Positions 34,704 to 47,534 of a stretch of DNA of 64,000 bases are shown in pieces. Every line of letters starts with the position of its first letter. Position 1 is the first letter of the stretch. The stretch covers positions 1 through 64,000 of the IMG/VR virus record IMGVR_UViG_3300045988_085724; one strand, written 5' to 3'. The notes under the pieces were generated by a model that ran no database searches, was not told the DNA's origin, and saw nothing but the letters and a program-made list of their open reading frames with translations. Both the position numbers and the translations under genes were made by a program. The DNA comes from a virus.

Positions 34704-36848
34704 TTATTTATATAATGTTCTATTAAATCTTCTTTCTTCCAGATCTGCTTTGCGATCGTATAAGTTAATAAGTCTATTATTATAATCTTGTGCGCTTGCA
34801 AATTGTTGCTGCTAAAATAAATTCTTTCCAAGTGCTCCAAGCATATTAAGTCTACCTTGGTTAGCATTCTCCATACCAAGCAATCTACGTGCTATAGCCT
34901 CTCTATAAGCTTGCTGTTGTTGAGCAAGAGCAGTCTGTCGTCTAGTAGCATCTCTATCGCCAGCCTCCATTAATGCTTGTGCATAAGCTTGTTTATACTT
35001 ATTATTTATGTCATTAGCTTCTCCGTACAATTTGGCCATATTCATCATATAGTTGTTACCATGCGCAGCTAACATCTTAGTACGTTGTCCAGCACTAAGT
35101 CCACCTTGTTGATTTATATTATAAATACCTTGTCTATATGCATCACGTATCTATTGAGCTTGTTGATACGGATCAAAATACATTTGTCCAAGTATACTTA
35201 ATGCTCTATCAGCATTGCTATTACGGACATAGCTATTAGCAGCTTGTGGAGCAGAATTTTTATAATAGTTGTATTGGCTGTTAGGTATTCCGTATGCTCC
35301 AGCATATATTAATGGCTATAGCCAATTTAAATTAAATTTACCTTTATCATACTGAGGCATTGTACCGTCATATATATTCTATATCTTATGTTGCATTTCT
35401 TGTCTGTTTAATGGTTCTTTCGTGCTTTCTACAAGCTGCTATTGCATCAAGTCTAACTGCTTGAGGTTAAGCTCTTTAGTTTTGCTATCAGCATTTTTAT
35501 TAGACTCAATCAACTTACGCAGTTTTTCATTCTTAGCGTACTATTTAGACATAGGAGCTACTTGGTCTGCAAATGATTTTCCATTAGTCCAATCTATATC
35601 ATTACCTGCAATATAGTTATTGTCACCTTCCTGTACCGAACTATATTGATCATCTGCACGTTTCTTTCCTTTATCTATATAGGTCATCTTACCTTCATCG
35701 AAGTTTACAATAGTCTCTCCTTTACCAACCTTAGAGTTTATCGGGCCAAGATGATATCCATCTTTATCGAATACCATTCCATATCTACTTTTGCTAGGTT
35801 GATCTATTAAGTTATAATTTACAGCTGTTTTTCCTCTATCGGCATTATATAAAGATGTACCAGTATAAGTATCATTATCGAATTCATTTCTAAGTCCTTC
35901 TGATGCTGCTACAGATTCAGCTTGCTTATTCTGATTAGCGTAACTTGAAATCAAAGCTTCTTTTCTGCGTCGTAATTCACGCTTACGTCTGTCACGTCCA
36001 AATAATGATCCTAAACCACCTACGAGGCCACCAATTAATCCACCACCTATAATTCCAAGCGGACCGAGCGATGTACCAAGCAACGATCCTACTGCTAATG
36101 CAGATCCTACACCAGCTCCTACTCCAGAAATACTATTGGATAATACTCTGTTATTTTCTCCGTACTTCAGCATTCTATCGTACGCAGAAGTATCTCCGAG
36201 GTTTTTAGTAGTATAATCAACTCCATTTACAGATTGAGTGATTTCATTGTGACTTTGGTCTATCATGCCTGAAGTTGGAATACTCGGACCTTTTGCAAAG
36301 CCACTTCCGAGATTATATAATCCGTACGCAGCACCTACTGCACTTAATGCAGTTCCAACAGTACCTCCTAAAGCTGATGTTGCTTGTTTTGTAGTTTCTT
36401 GTATAGCTTTTTTGCTAGCTTCTTCTCCGGCCTATTTTGCACCGGCAGACATTGCCTATCCGAGTGTATTATTTGCAGCAGCTTTCAACATCTGATCTGT
36501 AGACATCTTCGATATATTTGACATCATAGTTTTTGTAGAGGCCTATAATGCTGCATTAGAAGCTTTTTGACCTAGCCCGCCCATTATTGATGAATATTTA
36601 AATGCACCAGTCAATGGTTGTTTTAACATGGTAACATAAGGCGTGCCTGTACTTACAGCACCTTGCAATGATGGTTTATACATTCTGGCCTCTGCAGACA
36701 TATCTTGTCCCTACTATATTGAAGGAGTACCTACATTAAAGTTATCACTTTGCTAATAACCAGATGCAGTCTATTTTGCTGCTAAATCATATCTAGGTAG
36801 TCCGTTTCGTATTTGTTTATATTGTAATAATCTATCTCTTTTATTCAT
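34704..36848 (-). CDS. Glycine-rich, membrane-segment-containing virion protein, 714 aa, 13 in-frame TAG
   Basis: ATG 36848, TAA 34704, with the whole frame checked by hand. It contains Gly/Ala/Leu-rich hydrophobic stretches (GVGAGVGSALAVGSLLGTSLGPLGIIGGGLIGGLVGGLG) followed by an RRKRELRRRK segment. An ejection or cargo role is only a guess. Confidence 0.65.
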
Positions 36849-36850
36849 AA

Positions 36851-39800
36851 TTAATTGTATGATTGTCTAAATTTGGTTATTATATGTGATATTGCATGAT
36901 CATTGTCATTACTATTCATCAACAGTTCTTCTATCATCCATTTACCGCGTAATCTACGAATTCCATCTGCACACCTTGGTATCGGGAAGCATATATTTCC
37001 TTCTCTATTTGTATATTTATCGATCATTCCAGCTTCATCTAAATCTGTATAGAGATTGCAGTTGAAATTATCGTAATCAGCAGTTTGTTTAGTATGACTA
37101 GAAGTCGTATTATATAATTGCGGGAAGACTATTTGCTGATTATCAAATACTTTTGTAACTGATGCATTTGGATTTACTACAAAGTTCAATCTGGCTGTAT
37201 CATCAGTTGTTGGAGTTTCGCCATCATTACACCAACGTGTATATGATGCAAAATTAGATCTTATCGAAATTGCATCAGTCTGATTTGTTAAATTATTATA
37301 TACTGTAGCTAATTGTCCATTTAACACATCATACATAGACTACGCTATACCTAATTTGCAGTTAAATGCTAATGTCATTTCCTCACTTAAAATAGCGTTA
37401 TTTTTAATTGGGTGAAACAATAATTCATCGTTAATTGTGTCGTATGTAATTGTAGGTACTTGAGTATCGCCATTAATGTTTATCTACATTAGTGTCTTTA
37501 CATTACAATTTTCCGTAAAGTCTAATACTGACATTTTAGTGCTACCATATGCGCCAGATGTAGCTTTGTATGCTGCAATACATTTATTGCCGTAATCAAA
37601 CCAATATATATCGTTATCGACATTTACTTTACACATATCTTGTGCCCTCATTCCAAACTTGGTACTTAAGTAGTCAGATCTCTGCAATACAGTTCCTTGT
37701 CCCAGTTGTATAAGGTTACTATTTTCATCTTTAACAAGTGAACGCTCATTAACAGATAACTTACCAAATGCTTTAGTTTGCCAGAAATACAATGTATCTT
37801 GTGTAGTAAATAAATCAGTTAATTCTCCGTATATTGGGTTAACGTCTATGTAATCCACAGGTTTAAATATATTCCAACTATTTAAAAGTTCTCCGTTAGT
37901 CTTTAGTTGTGAATAACATATTCTTTGTGTATAAGTATTCTACAGATATGTAGTGCTCTATGGAGAATATAAATCGTTACTGGTTCCGTTGTCAGAATAA
38001 ATAAGGTTATATTGATGTACTGGTCTATCTTGTGAAGTTACACCCTTTATTTCACCAGCTTCAGCTTGTAAGTTAGCGTTATTTGTATTACGATAATTCA
38101 TTCCATAATCGAAATACTGATTGATAGTACTTTCCATCGGAATATAATGTATTGTCTGCATAGACTGCAATGAACTCTTATCGTCATTAAAGTCATACGC
38201 TTTATACATGCCTTCGATCTCATATATCTGTGTATACATATCACCTGTAAATACGCTCATCTTATTGATGTCATTTTCTCCTAAAGAACATGCTTTATAA
38301 TCACCAAATCCATAATACGTATCATATTGCTTAGACGACATATCTTTACCAGAATAGTGTATAGCAGGATGTGTGATCTCACATAGAAGTGTTCCCGGAT
38401 AACTATTTAATTTAGATACTTCTTCCGGATCTTTAGAATTTACTTGAGGGTCGAATGATGGTATTAAAATTCCACCTAAAGCCGATGGACTGTAATAATT
38501 TGTTATAGGATTGGTCGTTATTACTTCTCCAAAAATATATTTTAGACTGTGAGATTTTATTATTCCCCCGTTCTACGAATCTATTAATTTGCCCAATTGT
38601 TCTCTATCATCAGATAACTATATTATCAAACACCTTGCGGCAGGACCGATTGGCCCAATAGAAGGGAAACTCCTGTGTTCATGGTTACCTGAATTCTCAA
38701 CGTTTGTAAATTCAACGACATCCTTCCATGTACCTTCTGTCCATCCGAATTCATTATTTGTCCCTACAGGAATATCATATTTACTACTACAAACCCAATT
38801 CAAATAACTAGACGTAGATATATTTTTAGCATATGATTTATATTTCTTTACAGCGTTACTTATTTTACTTCCATCCATGACATGATTAGAAAAACCATCC
38901 TCCCAATTAAGCATTCTTACGTTTGATATTTCACGTATCTACATAGAATAATTATTTTGGTTCAGATTAAATTTGGTATCTTTTGTAAACTAAACATTAT
39001 CTATGTCTACTTTGTATCCGGAATTTATATTGTTAGGCCTCAATACTGGCTCACCGTTGTCATATACAATTTTATTATCAGAATCTAGCATGAAAAATCG
39101 CCTAGAATATACAGTATTTGCTGAGTATAAGTACGACAATTTATTTACCTTATTGGATTTGTCTGATTTTGAATAACTTAACGCTTTATAATTTACATTT
39201 GTATATTTGCCAAATGTATAGCTGTATTTATCAAACCCGTCACTACTAAAATCTATAACAGGAACAAAACTTAACGAAAATATATGTGTTTTTTGTATCT
39301 AGTATGAGGCGACAGCACACTTAGACGTATAATCATCATATGCATCATCATTTGTAAATCTTACTATATCTGTTTCGGTTGGAGAATACAAATACAAAGC
39401 GGGCGTTAATGATATTTGATTTGTTTTAAGTTTGTTTAACGTGTCATCCACATACGTCTGTATCTCAGGGCAATATACCTAATATAGTCTATTATCAGAC
39501 GCACCACTAGTCATTTGTTCTGGCCATTGTGTTGCATTGCCATTCGGATATGGAGTATATCCTATATACTAAGGATTACTTATAATAAATCCTGTAGGAT
39601 AATATGGAGAGTACGTACCATCAACAAGTTTCTGTCTAACGGTACTTGCTATTACAACCTGTTGCAGTGATCTAGAATATTCATCTGTACGTTGACAACG
39701 TACTATTTCGTATCCGCATATGTGGTTTGTATTAGCAAAATCTTTAAATGCATCATTTAATGTAAATTCTATACCGATTTGTATTGTGCCTAATTCGTTT

Positions 39801-41560
39801 AATTTAATTATGCCCGGATGCGGAATTCGTATATCACCTATCCATATTACGTCACTTCTTGTACCGTCGTTCTTATACAATACTATGCCGTATCGGTATA
39901 CTTCACCACGTTTAAGAGATTTGATACAACTACTTGTAATAGCATCATTATGAGTCACCTTATCTGGACGTGGAAACCCACAATCAGAAATAATATCATA
40001 CGCATTCGGTAGAGGTACATTTTCTTCTTGGTCTTGAGGTATTTTGGGCTTGATATCAAAAACAGGTACAAATCTATCATCGGACAAATCGTACTGTAGA
40101 TAATACGAATTATTTGTATCTATCGCCTCATCGTCATCAATCTAAAGTAACTATAACCTCCATGAGATATAAACACCGCTACCTCCAATATAATTATTAT
40201 AATCAAACATGGCGTTACTGTACTGATTATCAAAATTATGATTTACATCGGCATATGGGTTTGAATAATCAGCATTGTTGAACATCTTATCGCTTATAAA
40301 AGCCTAAACTGCTTTATCACCATTGTCAACCTAGTCAGGAGATTTAGACTCTGGTTTGTTATATGTATTTACATCTAGATACGGAATATTATACTTATTA
40401 CCGCTAACCGGAGTAAACTATATAGCCCAGAACTTTTTAAGATCTTCTCTATCTAATTGAAATATAGTATCATCCTTTACATTTCCAGCGAATAAATAGC
40501 CTTGATTTTGTTCAAGTAATTTAGGTATAATGTCCTGTCCATGTATCTAAGCGAACTCTTCAACGGATATAGTCTGTAAAGTCTTACGCCCGTTATCTAT
40601 AACACTAATGTTTGTGCCTGTAAACTCACCGTCATATATCAGATCAATCTAAGCATTCTAATTAGGTTTTATATATTGTATTCTATATACCTATAGCCTA
40701 TCGAATTGATCTATCTTCTCATCAACTGCTATTCCTAACTATAAACCTATTGACGTAACTGTATCTTCAGCACAGCCAACTTCAGTATCACGAGAAGGAT
40801 TTATGACTTGATATTTACGACTTAATGGTGCTAATTTACTAGTTACTCCATATTTCTTATAGAATCTATAAGTATATTGTACCTATGAAGTTTTAAGTTG
40901 TCCTCCTACGATTGCCTTATATGTAATAGCATGTTTTGGGAAATACCTATTTTGACTAATTAAATCTATATCAATTTCTCCATCTGTTTTATGGGTTGTT
41001 TCATCTATTTTATACAGACTTTTAATATAATCAGTATCCTTTACATTGATCATCATTATCTTATGCTCGCCGTCTGCAATATATAGATTTACTACTTTGT
41101 CAGTTTCATACTGTAATACTGCCGAAACATTTCGCAAGTCAACTGCATCTTCTACTTTTTCTCGAATTTTTATTTTGCACAAGAATGCCCATCTGTATCT
41201 TGGTAATTCATCAGAAGCCTCTACTTTATACAAATATATGTAATTATTATGTAGCTTAATTAAGATATTAGTGTCTCCTGACGTAATTATTTTTATTATC
41301 CGCTGAGTTTTATCGTCGTCGAATTTAGGTACAATCTAAGTCGTATAAGTAATGTCTTCATTTAACGCTTTAACTGGAGTCATTACTCCGTATTTTCCAT
41401 ATGCAGCGATATCATTGTAGCTATTTATTTTTGACGTACCGTACGGCCGCAAATTAACAGCATATATGTACTGGTTATTTTTAATAGTGTCATACGCAGA
41501 ATCAGTATTCATACCACCAGTAAAAGTATTTATAAACGTATTATTCTGTTCAGTAGCCAT
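36851..41560 (-). CDS. Large tail-module structural protein, 1569 aa, 23 in-frame TAG (possible P22 gp10-like hub/stabilisation protein)
   Basis: ATG at 41560 overlaps the upstream TGA by 11 nt. TAA is at 36851. I hand-translated all six inter-fragment gaps and found TAG only. The N-terminal FTGGMNTDSAYD...AVNLR is reminiscent of gp10-like proteins annotated in crAss-like phages. The functional call is weak. Confidence 0.65.
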
Positions 41561-42458
41561 AGTAATAATCATTATATAAAGACTGTTGTTTACCAATATT
41601 ACTGAAGAATGTTTCATCTCCATCCCAATCTGGTATTAACTTATTCCAGTCTCTCTTTATGTTCTGCATATCATCTGCTGTAGGCATCATAGCTTCTGCA
41701 TATGCTTGATTTCTATAAAAATTCCACTGTTGCTGTAAGTAAGAATAAACAGCACCGTTATTATTCACGCCTTTACCGCCGAGCTTTCCTTTAAGGTATT
41801 TTGAGAAATTTATTTTCATTACTACATACCAATATATTGCCTCTTGATACGATGTCGTATCTGGGATAAGTGGATACCCACGCTCATCTGTAGCGATTGC
41901 TTTATATTGTAATTTAATGTACCCATCTCGCATATTAGTAGCAATCCAACCTGGCTTAATAAAATATTCTGGTTTTTCATTAAGTCTATTGCGCAAATAC
42001 TTCATTCCGTTTACTGTTGCAAACTGTGATTGAGTGGTTGGATATTTATACTTCATCTCCTCGTGTTCGGGCTTAATTTCTTGCCTTTCTGCGGCTAAAT
42101 TATTTGGGTCTGTAGGAAGTACGTATTCTTCTTGAGCCTTAGGTATTTGTTTGCTTTTAAACAACCCTGTAGCAGTACTCATTGGCTGCCATGGTCCATT
42201 TTCATTCTTAGAATATGCCACACCATCTAATACAATTAAATCGGCAGGCATCGGTATTTGATAGTCTTGTATTTTAAATATAGGTACGCCATCTATGCCA
42301 GACTCTCTAACTATATATTGCATAGGTGCGCCTATCTTTTCAGTAGCTTCAAATATCCATTCTCTAATATCCTCAATACGCTATCTTACCTCAGACGAAT
42401 CTAGGTCTGCCATAATCTTAGCTATGACAGCCTCACACTTAGTATACTTGTATATCAT
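41550..42458 (-). CDS. Tail-module protein, 302 aa, 1 in-frame TAG
   Basis: ATG at 42458 (MIYKYTKCEAVIAKIMADL...) and TGA at 41550. One TAG at 42381-42383. Function unknown. Confidence 0.6.
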
Positions 42459-42843
42459 TGATATCTATATAATCTTGTTTGTTGAATATTAACTAAGCTA
42501 GTTTACGTTTATTAGCGCGTACTAAATTAAGTTGATATCTATATCTGTCTGGGAACGTCCTAGGTATCTTAGACCAATATAATCTAAATTTATACCCATC
42601 TGAATGTTCATTTAAATAATATATTCGCTTATTGTACTCTTTACTAGCTTTATAATCTACAGATAGAGACTTGCCATCATAGTTCTTAGGTCTATATTTA
42701 CCAACCTATATCATACCTAATCCATAAGGCATTTTAAAGCCTTCTGAGCGCATGAATACGTGTTCTAGTATAATCTAGCACATACACTCTAATATGCGCT
42801 TATACGTAACGTAATCAATCTCTATTGGCATTCCTTTGTACAT
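42439..42843 (-). CDS. Small basic protein, 134 aa, 3 in-frame TAG (possible DNA-binding protein)
   Basis: This gene is missing from the ORF track because TAG splits it into pieces shorter than 60 aa. ATG 42843, TAA 42439. It is Lys/Arg/Tyr-rich (…RYRYQLNLVRANKRKLA…). The functional suggestion rests only on its position. Confidence 0.45.
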
Positions 42844-42862
42844 GTCTCTAAATGTAATTGAT

Positions 42863-43573
42863 TTACTATTGTTCATCTTGTGGTCCATGTGGTTTAACAC
42901 TGGCTAATGTAGCATTGTTACTATCATCGCTAGGTCTATTTAACATAAACGACAATTCGTTTTTAAGTATATTATTCTTGATTGGAGGAACTAACCATGC
43001 GGGTATCTTTACTTCATCCTCATCGATATCATCTCCATCTTCAGCATCTTCTATATCTTCGTATATAGCCATTACCCAAATATACTTAAATTTACTATCA
43101 TCAGGCAATCCTTGTACGTATATATAGCCTCCATCATAGTAAGCAGTAATAGCATTACCTGTGTACTTTCTAAATGCTTGGTAATGTTTACGTACGTGAT
43201 TCATGTACTGTATTATACAACCATTTTGATCATGCACGCTAAGTATGCTTGATTCGTCGTTATTATATATACCTTCTAATTTTTCCTTGGTACGCTTAGT
43301 GTTGTTTGGCCAATGATCATCGTCTGTAGGATTTATTAACTCTAAGGGACCTTTTTCTCTAATAAATATATCATCTATATAGTCCTCAAGCAGTTCGTCG
43401 TCGACAGCCTACTCCTTCTATTTATCAAGCCTGTCTTTAAGGATCATCTACTTATAAGCTCTAATCCAAACGGCTATTTGATGTCTTGACAAATCTTCAC
43501 TTTCACTAATATTGTTATTGCGTACTATTAAAAGTATATCATCTATAAATTCTCTTAGTGAAATATATGTCAT
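42863..43573 (-). CDS. Head-tail connector/adaptor-like protein, 236 aa, 4 in-frame TAG (the last lies directly before TAA)
   Basis: ATG at 43573 in an AATTATG context. The gene ends ...PQDEQ-TAG-TAA (42868-42863). It contains an acidic insert, DIEDAEDGDDIDEDE. Confidence 0.55.
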
Positions 43574-43578
43574 AATTA

Positions 43579-44235
43579 TTAATTGTTTGATTCAACTATT
43601 CTTACATCTTTACTTTTAAGTAAGTCGTTTGTATTTACTATGTTGTATTTATACTTAGTAACTTTCTTAAAGTCCAATGTAAATAATCGTTTAAAGAAAT
43701 TCTTTTTATTTTTATATTCTCTTTTAGTATATACGTATAGATATTGTTCATTTTGTAAGTCTATTGCTATATTTACAGTATCGTTACCTATAGTATATTT
43801 AACTTTAGTTAGAGGGTTATATAATATACTATCTGTATATATACTATCTTTAACTATAATATTACCCCCTACCCCCTTGCTGCCTATAACGTTTAATACC
43901 TAGGTTTGAGTTGCTGCAGTATGTAGCTGCTTTGGTTTTATTTTTAATTCTTTACGTACACTATCTAATTTATGAAGTACAGAATCCTTTGAATTCTGTA
44001 ATTGTTCGACTGTAAGCTTTAATACATTAGAAGCCTACTAAGAGTCGCTAAGCAACCCCTAATAGGCTTCAATGTTGTTCTAAGCTGTTTCTAAGCTCTG
44101 TGACAGCTTTTTATTCTAATTGTGAAGAATTACTCCCCAGCACAATAAAAGTCCAACACAAAGCCCGGAAATGGCCTTAAATAGAGTCTTACGATTGTTG
44201 AACAGATACTTCAGTATTGTTTTTATCGTCATCAT
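43579..44235 (-). CDS. Spanin-like / lysis accessory protein, 218 aa, 6 in-frame TAG
   Basis: Absent from the ORF track. ATGATG at 44235 lies inside the holin 3' end. It has an N-terminal TM helix (AISGLCVGLLLCWGVIL) followed by a coiled-coil-like segment. TAA at 43579. Confidence 0.4.
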
Positions 44236-44731
44236 GTTTTTTCAATTCAATTTCTACTCCAGTATAAGCCTCCCCTTTCTTCTTTAAGAATTTACTTAAA
44301 GCTCTCCAAGGACCGTTTGGATTCAATGTATTTAAATTTTCAAGTATTGACCATATTTCAGTTAATGTTATAATAACTGTCGCGCCACCTGTCAATACAA
44401 ATACGCCTTCGGTACCAAGAACTGCATATTCAAGCATTCGTGCTAAACATATTATAGCGAACTCAGCTTTTATTTTATTCCATGTACCATGCCTAGTATG
44501 GTCACTAGTAATTTTGCAATGCTATTTCTTTGCAACAGCTATTCCATAGAACATATCTACAGTAGATGCAGTGAAACAACATGCGAGTAAGCCTATAATA
44601 GGAGTAAAGTAAGCAGTAATAAGTGCTCCAGCAGCAACACAAATCTTTCCTAGTATTGTGTTACCACTTATTGTATTTATAACTTCATAGATACTTGAGC
44701 ATACTTTTATTATAGACTATCCTAAACTCAT
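44189..44731 (-). CDS. Holin (TIGR01593-like toxin-secretion/phage-lysis holin), 180 aa, 2 in-frame TAG
   Basis: Several hydrophobic helices and a TEIWSILENL motif (the E-x-x-S-I-L-E-N signature of this holin family, from memory). The ATG overlaps the lysin TGA (ATGA). TAG is at codon 5. Confidence 0.65.
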
Positions 44732-45156
44732 TGTATTGTAATATTAATTTTACCTTCTTTATAAGCTTTTTCTAATAACGGAAATAATTTGTCGTATGTA
44801 ATCTTTGATTCGACCACTTTACCGACAACTTTATTTTTACCTACTATTATACATCCTAGAGAATCCTTGGCTGTATTTCCAGTATGAATCCTTATACCTT
44901 CATAGCCTGGCACATTCAATATGTGTGCCATTCTACGTTTAAATCTATTACTGTAATCAATGATTAATGAATATGTACCTGTAGGTATTGCTGTTTCACC
45001 GTACACTTTCTTTTTCTTTATGTCATTGATTGACATGTTTTGATTTAATCCACGATCTTTATCTTCAATCGTGTCGCAGAAATACACATTGTCAATATAT
45101 AACTTGCCAATAGTATATGTTTCTTTCTTGGCTATACGTTTCAGTAATATATTCAT
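44728..45156 (-). CDS. DUF5675-like putative endolysin (YkuD-like H...GC motif), 142 aa, no TAG
   Basis: TYTIGKLYIDNVYFCDTIED...AIPTGTY...VPGYEGIRIHTGNTAKDSLGCIIVG matches my memory of Bacteroidota DUF5675 proteins. It lies immediately upstream of the holin. Confidence 0.55.
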   Translation of the reverse strand: MNILLKRIAKKETYTIGKLYIDNVYFCDTIEDKDRGLNQNMSINDIKKKKVYGETAIPTGTYSLIIDYSNRFKRRMAHILNVPGYEGIRIHTGNTAKDSLGCIIVGKNKVVGKVVESKITYDKLFPLLEKAYKEGKINITIQ

Positions 45157-45160
45157 ATCA

Positions 45161-46282
45161 TTAATCCTCCCAACTACCAGGGTCACTAGTAATAGTTATT
45201 GTAATATTGTTCTTTGTAATAGGACTATATATCCAGAACGTGCGATTATCATTAGTATTAACAGTACACCCGTCACCTTGAGCACCAGTAACATCTCCTA
45301 CAGATGCACCTGGGGTTTTAAATGCTTCAAACTAAATTATCTGTTTAGGGTCACCTGACAGACAATTATTGTTTACAAATATTTCGGAAGGGCCTTCAAC
45401 AGTAACAGTACTCTCATGAACGTATTTAACAGTATGCCATTTTCCAGAACTAACTACCTTCATTGTCGCATTTATAGCTACATTGTCCCTCAATAAATAT
45501 GTAATCTCTGTATTCACATCACTATATTTATCAATTCTATTAATTTGCCCGTTTTCACCTACAGCTATAGCAGATGGACCTCCATGCATGGCAACAGTAA
45601 ACAATTCATTGAATTCATCCGGAGTTACTTCTTTAGATGCACCGTTCGAGTAATGAAGCTCTATACTATATACAACATGGTTATAATCCTCATCTCCAAT
45701 ATTAAATACTTGCTATGTTTCAAGTGTTAATGTGTTAGGAATACTTATGCTTGTTATATATGGAGTATCTAAGTCGATTACTGTATCTGTGTCAATATCT
45801 TGGTCATTACTGGTTAATGCAAATACTACGCCTTTATCTATAGTATACGTACGTAAGTTATCTGCGCCCCATCCTGTTTGATACAGTGTAAGTACAATAA
45901 CTACACGATATTCTCCTAATAGCTTCTAGTCTACAGCAGGAAAATAAGCCTCTATCTTATTCTGTTCGGCCAACAGTCTAGACGGTGCTAAATATTCCTT
46001 CTTAATGCTCATAAAAGGCGTAGAATTTACGCCAAAACCATTGTATCCAGGAAACCAGTGAGGAGCGTCTATATTGCATGGGAATACATTGTACATCGGT
46101 TTGCCACAGTTACATATATTATATTGTGCAGGATCATATGTTTGAGGAAACGGATTAACGTTGCTATCAGATTCAGGTATGAAATAACATCTCAACTGTT
46201 TGATCATCGTAGCATCAAAATCCGTTAATTCATGTAATGTAGTCTATACACGAATATCATTGCCTATTCTTATTCTTTTCAT
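45161..46282 (-). CDS. Hypothetical structural protein, 373 aa, 4 in-frame TAG
   Basis: ATG at 46282 (MKRIRIGNDIRV...) and TAA at 45161. All gaps were codon-checked. It follows the terminator after the 364-aa abundant protein. Confidence 0.6.
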
Positions 46283-46303
46283 ATTATTCGTGTTAAAACA
46301 ATA

Positions 46304-46337
46304 AAAGCTAGAATGGGTAAATCCCCACCCTAGCTTT
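46304..46337 (-). terminator. Hairpin terminator downstream of the 364-aa capsid-associated gene
   Basis: On the minus strand, AAAGCTAG pairs with CTAGCTTT as an outer stem, with an inner TGGG/CCCA stem. It is followed by TATTGTTTT. Confidence 0.5.
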
Positions 46338-46357
46338 AGTGTTTGTTAATATTTAAA

Positions 46358-47452
46358 TTAAGCAGCTTTATATGCAATCTCTTCAAGATTTACTCCAACA
46401 TTTGTAAATTCGTCTTTAAGAGCTTTAATATCTGTTTCTGCAGGAGTTCCTGCAGCAGAAACATAAATCTCAATAGCTTGTTTTGTATGACGCTGAATAT
46501 CATCAGCAGCACGATACTTTGTCTCAAATTCGATAGTAATACCATCGTACTTCTTAGAAAGATCGGTAATCATAGCAGGCTTGATGATAGGATCTGTGCA
46601 GCAGTCACGATTGAGAATTCCCTCATAACCCATAGCTTGTGCCTCACGGTCACGTACATTCTTAGCGCTCATAGGATCGTTATAACCCTCTTTCTTATTG
46701 ATAGTAAGACCTGTGGGGAAATACTTATTCTTAGAAGCAAAACCGGCTGCCTGAGGATTAGTGTAGTATACGTTTGCATTGAAACGGACCTTATTGGCTA
46801 CGTTAAGTGTATCTACGCTATTGTCATCATCATAAGGCATTGCGGTAAGAATAAGTTTGCCTTTAGCATCGTCAGCTTCAGCAGAAACATTAGTGCCGGC
46901 TTTTGCCTCTACACGAGCACGCTTATACTGATCTGTAATTATTGTAGCAAAAGCTTTGGCAACATCATCAGCGGTATCACCTTTCTTCGTAAGATATTCA
47001 TAAGACTCTGTCCACTTACGGAAACGAGTAGGCATATCTTTGAAAGTAAGACGTACTACAATACGACGATTGCCCTGTGCAAACTCATTTTTATCATCAG
47101 TAAAAGCACCGTTGAAATTAATAGTTATAGTATCCTCTTCAGCAAGTTTTGTGTTCTTTTTGTAAGCATCTGCAAGCATAAACGTTGCAGACTTGATATA
47201 ATTCTTATCAATCCAGTTAGACCACTTTACGATATTGGTATAGGTTTCGGTTTTTGCACCATGTACGCGAAGTACACCATCTTTAACAAGACCGATACGG
47301 AATTCATCAGAATTCTTCTCATTCTTTTCAAATACGAACTTACCAACATTTCCAGCAACATTCGTTTCAGTTCCTTTAAGAGTCTTAGTTCCTTCTATTA
47401 CACCTGGATTGTTTGTGTTACTAACAAACACTGTATTTACATATGTAATCAT
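46358..47452 (-). CDS. Abundant capsid-associated protein (decoration, auxiliary or head-fibre candidate), 364 aa, no TAG
   Basis: Uninterrupted ATG-to-TAA ORF. It is flanked by hairpins and has its own upstream spacer. Composition is typical of a structural protein. The exact role is unknown. Confidence 0.6.
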   Translation of the reverse strand: MITYVNTVFVSNTNNPGVIEGTKTLKGTETNVAGNVGKFVFEKNEKNSDEFRIGLVKDGVLRVHGAKTETYTNIVKWSNWIDKNYIKSATFMLADAYKKNTKLAEEDTITINFNGAFTDDKNEFAQGNRRIVVRLTFKDMPTRFRKWTESYEYLTKKGDTADDVAKAFATIITDQYKRARVEAKAGTNVSAEADDAKGKLILTAMPYDDDNSVDTLNVANKVRFNANVYYTNPQAAGFASKNKYFPTGLTINKKEGYNDPMSAKNVRDREAQAMGYEGILNRDCCTDPIIKPAMITDLSKKYDGITIEFETKYRAADDIQRHTKQAIEIYVSAAGTPAETDIKALKDEFTNVGVNLEEIAYKAA

Positions 47453-47534
47453 AATTTATTATGTTTTAAATTTTCTACTTTCCCTATTAAATAAAATGCT
47501 AGACCCAACTAGCTGGGATTTCCACGTTAATTTA

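Noticed and set aside
34697-34879. The N-terminal part of track ORF 34604-34879 (MVWRMLTKVDLICLEH...) as coding sequence.
   Set aside because: This stretch overlaps the real 3' end of the 714-aa gene in another frame. That gene continues through TAG to TAA at 34704. The 512-aa gene starts at the internal ATG at 34696.
46343-47494. A 383-aa plus-strand ORF antisense to the 364-aa capsid-associated gene. Other long plus-strand ORFs occur inside the late block (for example 12008-12832, 33509-34223, 55656-56087 and 57363-57854).
   Set aside because: Their translations are low-complexity and rich in Cys, Phe, Ile and Leu. They are shadow ORFs exactly opposite well-formed coding frames, which is the expected antisense artefact in AT-rich DNA.
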